A stretch of DNA of 43,213 bases from Candidatus Buchananbacteria bacterium RIFCSPHIGHO2_02_FULL_39_17. Its GTDB lineage: Bacteria; Patescibacteriota; Patescibacteriia; Buchananbacterales; UBA6539. The notes beneath the pieces are model-generated. The model saw only the letters and a list, made by a program, of their open reading frames with translations, was not told where the DNA came from and searched no databases. Within the stretch, counting starts at the first letter, position 1; each line of letters starts with the position of its first letter. The DNA is taken from contig MHII01000010.1 in assembly GCA_001817425.1 (NCBI GenBank), positions 1 to 43,213 on the forward strand, written 5' to 3'. A program made the translations under genes and the position numbers. Of this stretch, positions 35,212 to 43,213 are shown piece by piece.

Positions 35212-36402
35212 TTACTTAATAATCTTAGTTACGGCACCAGCACCAATCGTCCGACCGCCTTCCCGAATCGCGAAACGTTGCTTTTCTTCCAGAGCCGCTG
35301 GCTTAATTAATTTAATTTTAACATTAATGGTGTCACCGGGCATAACCATTTCCGTGCCGGCCGGCAATTCAACTTCACCGGTAATATCGGCTGTACCAAT
35401 ATAAAACTGCGGTTTGTAACCTTTAAGAAATGGGCTGTGCCGACCGCCTTCTTCTTTGGTTAAAATATAGGTCGCACCTTCAAATTCAGTATGAGGCGTA
35501 ATTGAACCAGTTTTAGCGATAACTTGGCCTCTTTCCACTTCATCTTTTTTCGTACCGCGCAGCAAAAGCCCGGCATTATCCCCGGCCCGACCTTCATCCA
35601 ATGATTTATTAAACATTTCAATACCCGTAATAACCGTTTTTTGAGTATCGCGCAAACCAACAATTTCCACTTCATCGTTTAGTTTAATAATCCCTCGTTC
35701 AATTCGACCAGTAACGACCGTGCCTCGGCCTTCAATGGAAAAAATGTCTTCAATCGACATCAAAAATGGTTTTTCAATATCACGGACTGGTTCGGGGATA
35801 TATTCGTCAACCGCCTTCATTAAATCTTCCAGACATTTAGTCGCGGCGGCGTCGCTTGGATTTTCTAGAGCTTTTAAGGCCGAACCGCGAACCACTGGAA
35901 TTTTGTCGCCAGGAAATTCATATTTTTTTAATAGATCGCGAACTTCTTCTTCCACTAAGTCAATTAATTCCGGATCTTTGACTTGATCAACTTTGTTTAA
36001 AAACACAACCATGGCGGGCACGCCAACTTGGCGCGCTAACAAAATATGCTCGCGCGTTTGCGGCATTGGGCCATCGGTGGCGGCCACGACTAAAATCGCG
36101 CCGTCCATTTGGGCTGCGCCCGTGACCATATTTTTAATGTAATCAGCGTGACCAGGACAATCAATATGAGCGTAATGCCGTTTATCGGTTTCATATTCAA
36201 CATGCGCGGTATTAATCGTAATCCCGCGTTCTTTTTCTTCTGGCGCATTATCAATCTGATCAACCGTTTTTTGTTGCGCCTTTAAACCCTTTTTATTTAG
36301 GTACGCTAAAATCGCGGCTGTTAAAGTGGTCTTGCCGTGATCAACATGACCAATCGTACCGATATTCAAATGGGGTTTATTCCGTTCAAATTTGTCTGCC
36401 AT
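35212..36402 (-). CDS. tuf: elongation factor Tu
   Basis: [21 protein letters not shown]. Confidence 0.98.
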   Translation of the reverse strand: MADKFERNKPHLNIGTIGHVDHGKTTLTAAILAYLNKKGLKAQQKTVDQIDNAPEEKERGITINTAHVEYETDKRHYAHIDCPGHADYIKNMVTGAAQMDGAILVVAATDGPMPQTREHILLARQVGVPAMVVFLNKVDQVKDPELIDLVEEEVRDLLKKYEFPGDKIPVVRGSALKALENPSDAAATKCLEDLMKAVDEYIPEPVRDIEKPFLMSIEDIFSIEGRGTVVTGRIERGIIKLNDEVEIVGLRDTQKTVITGIEMFNKSLDEGRAGDNAGLLLRGTKKDEVERGQVIAKTGSITPHTEFEGATYILTKEEGGRHSPFLKGYKPQFYIGTADITGEVELPAGTEMVMPGDTINVKIKLIKPAALEEKQRFAIREGGRTIGAGAVTKIIK

Positions 36403-36537
36403 AGTTTTTACCTCATTATTGCGATCTTTGTAATCCAGTCCCGCTGAAATTCGGGGACGATCGCCTTAACTTAATAGATTAATTATTATCTAAGGTTATT
36501 TCTAAAAATTTTTAACCAAAAATACAAAGCACTTTTG

Positions 36538-36567
36538 AGTATATAACAAAAAACCGTAATCTGTCAA
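36538..36567 (-). promoter_or_regulatory. internal promoter for tuf
   Basis: TTGACA-18-TATACT. Confidence 0.5.
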
Positions 36568-36570
36568 TAA

Positions 36571-36957
36571 TTAATCAATTGGCTCAAAGTAATAATGATC
36601 GGAATCGCCTTCTGAATCTAAAGAATTATTAGCTTGGTTAAGCGAAATTTGACTAGTTTTTATTTCATTTTCCTGACCTAAATTATTCACCTTTGGCTTC
36701 ATTTCCTGCCAGTGATCAAGCTCAAGCTTCTGCTGGCTAGTTTTCCAAACGGCAATATCGCGGTTAATTCGTTCTAAAAGTTCGTCTTCGGTTAAACCCG
36801 CCAACGGCGAAACCGACTTTTGGCCGTTAGCCACTAAATCTTGATAGCGGGAAAAATTCATAATCACAAAACTGGGATTACCCTCGTGATCCAAAATAAT
36901 AAAATTATCATCAGTCTTTTTTGTCAAGTCAATTATTTTTTGCAGTGGAGAAACCAT
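36571..36957 (-). CDS. hypothetical protein with Phd/YefM-like N-terminus
   Basis: FIILDHEGNPSFVIMNFSRYQDL; acidic C-terminus YYFEPID. Confidence 0.6.
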   Translation of the reverse strand: MVSPLQKIIDLTKKTDDNFIILDHEGNPSFVIMNFSRYQDLVANGQKSVSPLAGLTEDELLERINRDIAVWKTSQQKLELDHWQEMKPKVNNLGQENEIKTSQISLNQANNSLDSEGDSDHYYFEPID

Positions 36958-36960
36958 AGA

Positions 36961-37231
36961 AATAAATCTCAAATTACAAAATTCAAATATCAATTAAAAT
37001 CCTAAATTCAAATATTAAAGAAATAATTTGGGATTTTGAGCTTTGAATTTGATTTGACACCCGCCTGCCACGCCCGACTTCGCTTTGACGAAGTCAAGAC
37101 GGACGGGCCTAAGCCTTTTAATGAATTTTGTAAATACATTTTAAAATAAACTAATTTCATAATTTTTCTTTAAATTTTATTGGTCAGGCAATAGCGGGCA
37201 GGTTTGGATTTTGAAATTTAGATTTTTGATT
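36961..37231. repeat. inverted heptamer-like array with nested CCCGCCTGCC...GCGGGCAGG insert (37060-37202)
   Basis: insert ends resemble those of 23128-23230. Confidence 0.7.
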
Positions 37232-39343
37232 TTATTTTCCTTTCTTGCCTTCTTTATCACCTTTAATCTGCTCCGCCACATTGGCCGGCACTTCGGCATA
37301 GTGATTAAATTCCATATTATAAGAGGCCCGACCCTGGGTCATGGAACGAAGTTCAGTCGCATAACCAAACATTTCCGCCAACGGCACTTTGGCATCAATA
37401 ATTTTTACTTGTCCTCGATCGCGCATCTCTTCAATCTGACCGCGTTTGGAATTAATATTGCCAATCACATCACCCATAAATTGCTCGGGAGTGATGACTT
37501 CAACATTCATAATCGGCTCAAGTAAAATTGGCCGGGCTTTTCTTGTTGCTTCTTGGAGCGCCATGGAACCGGCAATTTTAAAAGCAGCTTCTGACGAATC
37601 AACATCATGGTACGAACCATCATAAACCGCGACTTGCATATCAATTAAAGGATATCCGGCGACAACGCCTTTGTCCATTGCTTCTTTAATTCCTTTTTGA
37701 ATCGCCGGAATATATTCTCGGGGAATAATACCACCTTTAACTTCATCAACAAATTCAAAACCTTCACCGCGATTTTTTGGTTCTACGCGCAACCAGCAAT
37801 GACCATATTGACCGCGGCCGCCTGACTGGCGGATATACTTGCCTTCGGCTTCAGCCGTAGCTTTAATCGTTTCTTTATAAGCGACTTGGGGGCGTCCAAC
37901 CGTAGCTTCAACTTTAAATTCGCGCTTCATACGCTCAACTAAAACTTCCAAATGAAGTTCCCCCATGCCGGAAATAATGGTCTGCATTGTTTCTTCATCG
38001 CCTCGGATTTTAAAAGTTGGATCTTCTTCGGCTAACTTGGACAAAGCAATGCCCATTTTTTCTTGATCGGCCTTAGTTTTTGGTTCAATGGCGACAGAAA
38101 TCACTGGCTCGGGGAAAGTGATTGATTCTAAAATAATTGGCTGTTCAACATCACATAAAGTATGCCCTGTAAAGGTATCTTTCAAGCCCACGGCCGCGGC
38201 AATCTCGCCGGCGTAGACTTCTTTAACATCTTCGCGATGGTTAGCATGCAACCGAACAATGCGCCCAATTCTTTCTTTATTGCCAGTTGAAGAATTTAAA
38301 ATATAAGAGCCAGACGATAAAGTGCCGGCATAAACCCGAAAAAAGCAAAGTTTACCAACAAAAGGATCAACCGCGATTTTAAAAGCTAGGGCGGCAAAAG
38401 GCTCGCTATCATCTGCCCGACGGATTTCTTCAATTTCCGAATTTTTAGAATGAAAACCTTTAACCGGCGGAATGTCTAAAGGATTGGGTAAATAATCACA
38501 AACTGAATCTAATAAAAGCTGAACGCCTTTATTTTTCAAAGCCGAGCCGCAAATAATCGGCATAATTTCATTTTTAATCGTCAGTTGACGCAAAATCTTT
38601 TTAATTTCATTGATCTCAATCTTTTGGCCCTCCAAATAACGACTCATTAAATTTTCATCATGGGAAACAACGGCTTCCAAAAGCTCATGGCGATATTTTT
38701 CGCTTTTTTCTTTCAGCTCTGCGGGAATCTCGATTTCATTGTATTCTTTGCCTAAATCATCGGAATAAATCCAAGCGGTTTGAGTTAAAAGATCAACGAC
38801 TCCGCTAAAGCCGCTTTCCGCCCCAATGGGCAATTGAATCGGATAAGCATTTTTGGTCAGGCGTTCACGGATACTTGCCAAGTCATTATAAAAATCAGCG
38901 CCAGTCCGATCAAGTTTATTAATAAAACCGATTAACGGCACTTTAAATTTTTCTGCTTGGTGATAAACCGTTTCTGATTGCGGCTCAACGCCAGCCACAC
39001 CGTCAAAGACCACGACGCCACCGTCTAAAACGCGCAAGGACCGCTGAACTTCGGCCGTGAAATCAATATGGCCGGGCGTGTCAATAATGTTAATGCGGTA
39101 TTTTTCCGCCTCATTGCCGCGCGGCGCCCAAAAACAAGTGGTCGCCGCGGCGGTGATGGTAATACCGCGCTCTTTTTCCTGATCCATCCAATCCATTTCC
39201 GCTTCGCCTTCATGAACTTCGCCAATTTTATGTTTTTTTCCGGTGTAAAACAAAATACGCTCGGTAACTGTAGTCTTGCCGGCGTCAATATGGGCAATGA
39301 TGCCAATATTTCTGGTTTTTTCTAAAGAGTATTCACGAGCCAT
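37232..39343 (-). CDS. fusA: elongation factor G
   Basis: [28 protein letters not shown]. Confidence 0.98.
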   Translation of the reverse strand: MAREYSLEKTRNIGIIAHIDAGKTTVTERILFYTGKKHKIGEVHEGEAEMDWMDQEKERGITITAAATTCFWAPRGNEAEKYRINIIDTPGHIDFTAEVQRSLRVLDGGVVVFDGVAGVEPQSETVYHQAEKFKVPLIGFINKLDRTGADFYNDLASIRERLTKNAYPIQLPIGAESGFSGVVDLLTQTAWIYSDDLGKEYNEIEIPAELKEKSEKYRHELLEAVVSHDENLMSRYLEGQKIEINEIKKILRQLTIKNEIMPIICGSALKNKGVQLLLDSVCDYLPNPLDIPPVKGFHSKNSEIEEIRRADDSEPFAALAFKIAVDPFVGKLCFFRVYAGTLSSGSYILNSSTGNKERIGRIVRLHANHREDVKEVYAGEIAAAVGLKDTFTGHTLCDVEQPIILESITFPEPVISVAIEPKTKADQEKMGIALSKLAEEDPTFKIRGDEETMQTIISGMGELHLEVLVERMKREFKVEATVGRPQVAYKETIKATAEAEGKYIRQSGGRGQYGHCWLRVEPKNRGEGFEFVDEVKGGIIPREYIPAIQKGIKEAMDKGVVAGYPLIDMQVAVYDGSYHDVDSSEAAFKIAGSMALQEATRKARPILLEPIMNVEVITPEQFMGDVIGNINSKRGQIEEMRDRGQVKIIDAKVPLAEMFGYATELRSMTQGRASYNMEFNHYAEVPANVAEQIKGDKEGKKGK

Positions 39344-39346
39344 AAT

Positions 39347-39441
39347 CTTAAAATTCGAATTTCGAAATTCGAATTTTGATTCAATAATTTAATATTTGAA
39401 CATTCAAAATTGATTTAAAATTCATAATTAAAAATTCAAAA
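39347..39441. repeat. AT-rich inverted heptamer-like array
   Basis: aattcgaatttcgaaattcgaattttgattcaa...aaaattcaaaa. Confidence 0.7.
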
Positions 39442-39909
39442 TTAACGGATAAAGTGGGCAAAAGCGCGATTGGCTTCGGCCATCTTGTAAGTATCCTGCC
39501 GTTTTTTAATGGCCGCGCCTTCTCGGTTATAAGCGGCAATTAATTCATCGGCTAATTTTTGAGCCATGGGAGCGCCTTTGCGGGCGCTGGCGGCACCAAT
39601 AATCCAGCGGAAGGCCAAAGCCTGCCGCCGCTCGCCGACCACCGCAACCGGAATCTGATAATTGCCCCCGCCGATCCGCCGCGACTTGACTTCTACTTCC
39701 GGACCGACATTTTTCATTGCACCCTCAAAAATTTCCAAAGGGTCTTTTTTTGTCTTTTCTTTAATAATTGCAAAACAGCCGTAAATTACGCTTTGCGCTG
39801 TTGATTTTTTGCCGGCGCGCATCACTTGATTGATAAATCTGGCAATATTAAGACTGCGATATTTTGGATCAGGATTAATTTTTCTTTTTGGAGTTTTACC
39901 GCCACGCAT
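39442..39909 (-). CDS. rpsG: 30S ribosomal protein S7
   Basis: EVKSRRIGGGNYQIP, MAEANRAFAH. Confidence 0.97.
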   Translation of the reverse strand: MRGGKTPKRKINPDPKYRSLNIARFINQVMRAGKKSTAQSVIYGCFAIIKEKTKKDPLEIFEGAMKNVGPEVEVKSRRIGGGNYQIPVAVVGERRQALAFRWIIGAASARKGAPMAQKLADELIAAYNREGAAIKKRQDTYKMAEANRAFAHFIR

Positions 39910-39910
39910 A

Positions 39911-40027
39911 CCCCGTAGTGATCCCTCACCTTTAACATAATTTTGGATGAGGAATAATTATTTCTTAATTATTTTGACTTTACCCCGTTATAGTCCTCTT
40001 TATTTAAGGTGAGGGACTACTACGGGG
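39911..40027. mobile_element. MITE-like element with ~23-bp imperfect IRs flanked by CATA direct repeats
   Basis: ccccgtagtgatccctcacctt ... aaggtgagggactactacgggg; cata at 39907-39910 and 40028-40031. Confidence 0.65.
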
Positions 40028-40172
40028 CATAATAAACCCGACTCCGAAACAAGTTCCGGAGTGTCTGGGCGGGTTTTTTAGGAGCAGAGTCGGCTCCGCC
40101 GACATATTGTTTTACAAACTCTCCTCATCCTCGCAGCAAGCTACGAGGTATTCGGAGAACACCTAATAAAAA

Positions 40173-40604
40173 TTATTTAGCTTTCTTTTCTTCGGCTTTC
40201 TTGGCGCCATAAAGGCTTCGCCCCCGCTGTCGGGCTTCAACACCGATCGTGTCATAAACGCCACGGACAATGTGATAGCGCACCCCCGGCAAATCTTTCA
40301 CTCGGCCGCCACGAATTAAAACAATTGAATGCTCCTGCAAATTATGACCTTCACCGGGGATATAAGCCGTCACTTCCATGCCGTTCGAGAGCCGGACCCG
40401 GGCAATTTTGCGCAAAGCCGAATTTGGCTTTTTCGGCGTCATTGTCGTCACTTTGACGCAAACGCCACGTTTAAAACCCGCACCTTTAGGCATTTCTTTT
40501 TTGGTGCGGTGTAAAGTATCAGTCACCAATCTAAGAGCGGGCGTCTTAAATTTTCTGACTTTAGACTTTCTTCCTTTTTTAATTAATTGACTAACTGTCG
40601 GCAT
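40173..40604 (-). CDS. rpsL: 30S ribosomal protein S12
   Basis: [23 protein letters not shown]. Confidence 0.98.
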   Translation of the reverse strand: MPTVSQLIKKGRKSKVRKFKTPALRLVTDTLHRTKKEMPKGAGFKRGVCVKVTTMTPKKPNSALRKIARVRLSNGMEVTAYIPGEGHNLQEHSIVLIRGGRVKDLPGVRYHIVRGVYDTIGVEARQRGRSLYGAKKAEEKKAK

Positions 40605-40661
40605 TAAAATAACAAAAACTAATAAAATCCTGCCTAACGGCAGTTTGGTAAAGACAAAAAT

Positions 40662-40690
40662 ATATTAACGGAAAAAAATAAGTTCGTCAA
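40662..40690 (-). promoter_or_regulatory. str operon promoter
   Basis: TTGACG-17-TAATAT upstream of rpsL. Confidence 0.6.
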
Positions 40691-40698
40691 CCCCGCAC

Positions 40699-41012
40699 TT
40701 AGAAAGTCTTTAAAGAATCGCTAATCCGAAGCTTCAGGCGTGAATAGGCTTGACCAAAATAATTTAAATGTTTTTCTCTAATTTTAGCGTCTTTTTCTGA
40801 TTGATAAACCTCATAATAAAGAGTATTGACTCCAGAGCAAGCTCTGGACTCGCAAAGATGCTCGCTGCGCTCGCCCTTTGCACCCCGCAGCAAGCTGCCG
40901 GGGTATTCTTTGTTTGCGGCGCGCTCCGCTCGGAAATGAAAGCAAGCTTTCATTTCACTCGCTACGCTTGCAAATAAACCAATTTGAGCGGCTAACGGTA
41001 ACTGATAGACTT
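40699..41012 (-). pseudogene. GIY-YIG nuclease remnant split by a palindromic insert
   Basis: KSISYR*PLKLVY | YEVYQSEKDAKIREKHLNYFGQAYSRLKLRI; N-terminal GIY-YIG motif missing. Confidence 0.75.
40821..40972. mobile_element. 152-bp multi-hairpin insert with 6-bp direct repeats (AATAAA)
   Basis: aataaa at 40815-40820 and 40973-40978; three hairpins centred on AGCAAGCT. Confidence 0.7.
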
Positions 41013-41036
41013 CCTCAGTGCAGAGTCAAGAGCTTT

Positions 41037-41690
41037 TTAATTTAAACCAAAAACTTTAATAAATATGCCAAAAATATAATTAATAATCAAAAAAATAATC
41101 GGCAGCACCAAAAATAAAAGTAAAATTGATACCACTAAGCCGTAACGCATCATAAATAAAGGATTGCCTAATGGCGTCTGGCTAATTAACCGACCAATCG
41201 GCGAAAAGGTCGTCAAAAAATTATAACCATCAAAACCCGGCAATGGCATCAGATTAAAAACGGCTAAAACTAAATTAATCTGAAATAAAAGCTGAAAGAA
41301 AAAAACGCCAAGGTTATTGGCCGGGATGAGCAGGGTCTGGGTCGTTAGCTTAAGCATTAAAATGCCAATAATGGCCAAAATCAAATTAGTGGCAATCCCA
41401 GCTAAACTGACCAGCCGATAAGCTGAAGCGCCTCCGCGCAACCGATAAGCGTTAACCGGTACGGGTTTGGCCCAACCAAAAAGAAATCCCGAATTAGAAA
41501 CAAATAAAAGCAAAGGAACTAAAATTGAACCAACGGGATCGATATGGACGACTGGATTCAAAGAAAGACGGCCGGCAATCCGGGCCGTGTCATCGCCAAA
41601 AAAATTAGCGACAAAACCATGGGCGATCTCATGCAAAATGACTGAACCGATGAAAACCACGATATAAATTAAAAAAATAATACCTTCCAT
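41037..41690 (-). CDS. site-2 protease (peptidase M50)
   Basis: HEIAH and FNLMPLPGFDG motifs. Confidence 0.93.
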   Translation of the reverse strand: MEGIIFLIYIVVFIGSVILHEIAHGFVANFFGDDTARIAGRLSLNPVVHIDPVGSILVPLLLFVSNSGFLFGWAKPVPVNAYRLRGGASAYRLVSLAGIATNLILAIIGILMLKLTTQTLLIPANNLGVFFFQLLFQINLVLAVFNLMPLPGFDGYNFLTTFSPIGRLISQTPLGNPLFMMRYGLVVSILLLFLVLPIIFLIINYIFGIFIKVFGLN

Positions 41691-41743
41691 GGAGCAATTA
41701 TAAAAAATTAAGCAGGTTTAGCAAAATTTCTTTATCCAAAATT

Positions 41744-42166
41744 TTATCTATTTTTCCAATATCTAATAAAATATTCTAAAACGGGTAATTGGATAGGAAA
41801 AAATTTAGCTGGTTTGGTTTTAATTAACTGCCGTAACTCAGCAATAGTTAGCCATTGCGGATCCTTTGCTTCGGTTGGTTCGAGATGAGGTTCTCCCTTA
41901 ACTTCACATAAAAAAACGAATCCTATCCACGGCAATCCAGCGTTCGTCTGAAGCGCCTGTTGACAAAGAAATGGTTTAAAGACGAATGTCTTGTCGCGTT
42001 TTTTTGATTCTCTAATCGGGCCTCTGTAATGATCAATGATATTTGTTATCTCTAAATCACACTCTTCTTTTACTTCACGTCTCAACGCTTCATATACATT
42101 TTCATAAGCATTAATATTGCCTGCGGGAATTTCAATCATACCAGAGTAGGTTGGGCTTTTTTTTGG
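41744..42166 (-). pseudogene. N-terminally truncated NUDIX hydrolase
   Basis: Nudix box GNINAYENVYEALRREVKEECDL near the very start; frame extends only to PKKSPTYSG before an in-frame TAA. Confidence 0.6.
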
Positions 42167-42246
42167 TTAATTAATACAAATTTATTTTAGAAGCAAAACA
42201 AAAAATTAACTAATAAATACAACTTAATTGGAATTATAGCACAGCC

Positions 42247-42275
42247 TTGATTTTTTCAAAAGGATTTGCTAAGAT
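42247..42275 (+). promoter_or_regulatory. promoter of rpmB
   Basis: TTGATT-17-TAAGAT with TG extension. Confidence 0.55.
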
Positions 42276-42349
42276 TCAAAAATAAGGTCGCCTCTGGCGA
42301 CCAACCTAAATTTTGAGATTTAAGATTTGAGATTTAATTTTTTATTACT

Positions 42350-42547
42350 ATGCTCACTTGTGAAATCTGCGGCCGCTCGCCGCTCAAAGCTAACTGGCGC
42401 AGCCACTCCAACCAAAAAACGATTCGCCGGCAAAAATTGAATTTGCAGACAAAAAAAATTAACGGCAAAAGAATGGTAATTTGCACGAGTTGTTTAAAAA
42501 CTCTCCTTAAGGCGCCACGGAAAAAATCCAACAAAAAAACTAAGTAA
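42350..42547 (+). CDS. rpmB: 50S ribosomal protein L28 (zinc-binding type)
   Basis: CEICG...SHSNQKTIRRQKLNLQ...ICTSCLK. Confidence 0.93.
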   Translation: MLTCEICGRSPLKANWRSHSNQKTIRRQKLNLQTKKINGKRMVICTSCLKTLLKAPRKKSNKKTK

Positions 42548-42702
42548 CCAATTTTAGCTTATAGTTGGTAGCTTGTAGATTACTTAGTTTTTTGTTTTTA
42601 TTTCCCTTACCGGAAACCCCGTGCGAGGTTTCCCGAGCACGGGGATGAATGGGCAAAATCCGATCCAAGGATTTTGTAAGTTAGCGCGAGACTTTGCTTA
42701 CA

Positions 42703-42759
42703 TGTCATCCTGAATTCATTTCAGGATCTCTGAGATGCCGAAACAAGTTCGGCATGACA
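42703..42759. repeat. TGTCATC...GAAACAAGTTC...ATGACA repeat, copy 2, nested in a larger GC-rich element (~42610-42824)
   Basis: tgtcatcctgaattcatttcaggatctctgagatgccgaaacaagttcggcatgaca. Confidence 0.75.
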
Positions 42760-42824
42760 ATGGCGAGTGAGTAGCGGAGCAAAGGAAACCCTATACGAAC
42801 CGAAGGTGGGTGCGGGGGCGTCGT

Positions 42825-43174
42825 TTAAATTTCTTTTATTAAAGCTGAATGGCCGCACCAATTTAAAAATTTTTTTAAATCATCAATGGTGATAACTAAA
42901 GTTGCCGTATTGTCATTGGGATGAAAGCCAATTTTATCATAGTTGAAAAAATTTTTGTCAACAATCACCTTAATTTTTTTGCCGGTATCGTTAATCAGGC
43001 CAAACGGCGAAACCGAACCCAGCGTTAAACTTAAATATTTTTTTAGGTCATCAACTGAGCCAAAGCTTAATTTATCTTCAAGCAGCTCTCCGGCTAATTT
43101 TTTTAAATCAACGGTTTTGTCCGCTAAAACAATGATTAAATAATAATTAGTCTTTTTTTTATTTCTTAAAAGTG
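42825..43174 (-). CDS. prolyl-tRNA editing (ProX/PrdX, YbaK family) protein, 5'-incomplete or interrupted
   Basis: LRNKKKTNYYL, GSVSPFGLIND, FHPNDNTAT; the 5' end runs into a repeat hairpin at the window edge. Confidence 0.8.
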
Positions 43175-43213
43175 AATAAAGTTTCGGTGGGCAGGGCATC
43201 AGACCCTGCCCAC
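43175..43213 (-). repeat. terminal hairpin of the 11711-11900 element family
   Basis: minus strand GTGGGCAGGGTCTGATGCCCTGCCCACCGAAACTTTATT vs plus strand gcgggcagggtctaaaaccccgcccgccgaaacattatt. Confidence 0.7.

Noticed and set aside
40699-40953. 84-aa ORF as an intact gene
   Set aside because: Its first half is translated repeat insert; only the second half is GIY-YIG-derived.
19162-43143. Numerous shadow ORFs (e.g. 19162, 24394, 27690, 28957, 29211, 30467, 35035, 35720, 37211, 39068, 39559, 40329, 40378, 41467, 42334, 42943; also 3143, 3977, 8974, 11232)
   Set aside because: Antisense or alternate-frame overlaps of well-supported genes, with no independent signals.

Overview
AT-rich bacterial chromosome segment, almost entirely on the minus strand, very probably from a Patescibacteria/CPR (Parcubacteria-type) genome. 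The taxonomy is inferred from the missing rpmD between rpsE and rplO, a GAD-less AspRS, few Shine-Dalgarno sites and extended r-proteins. The code appears to be table 11, since TGA, TAG and TAA all end conserved genes. The right half is the str/S10/spc superoperon (rpsL-rpsG-fusA-tuf-rpsJ-rplC...rplO-secY-adk-map) followed by ruvX and recO. The left half holds aspS, HD and YbaK proteins, a split scpA/scpB pair, a D-Ala-D-Ala peptidase, tpiA, fba and a tRNA/rpmG cluster. Main observations: (1) tRNA-Thr(GGU) is interrupted by a 205-nt ORF-less group I intron after U36; (2) an intact tRNA-Thr(UGU) lies inside a 17-bp inverted-repeat element that is itself inserted into a degenerate tRNA-Thr, next to another broken tRNA-Thr; (3) many intergenic spaces are filled by nested palindromic micro-elements (heptamer inverted arrays, CCCCG...CGGGG elements with variable cargo), together with a four-helix-bundle gene and a GIY-YIG gene split by an insert with a 6-bp target duplication; (4) three self-contained promoter-boxA-like-SD-ORF-terminator cassettes, one encoding a divergent PyrB-PyrI fusion; (5) a MerR-HTH/TM/WxL-like fusion protein. 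All calls come from reading the sequence; no searches were run.
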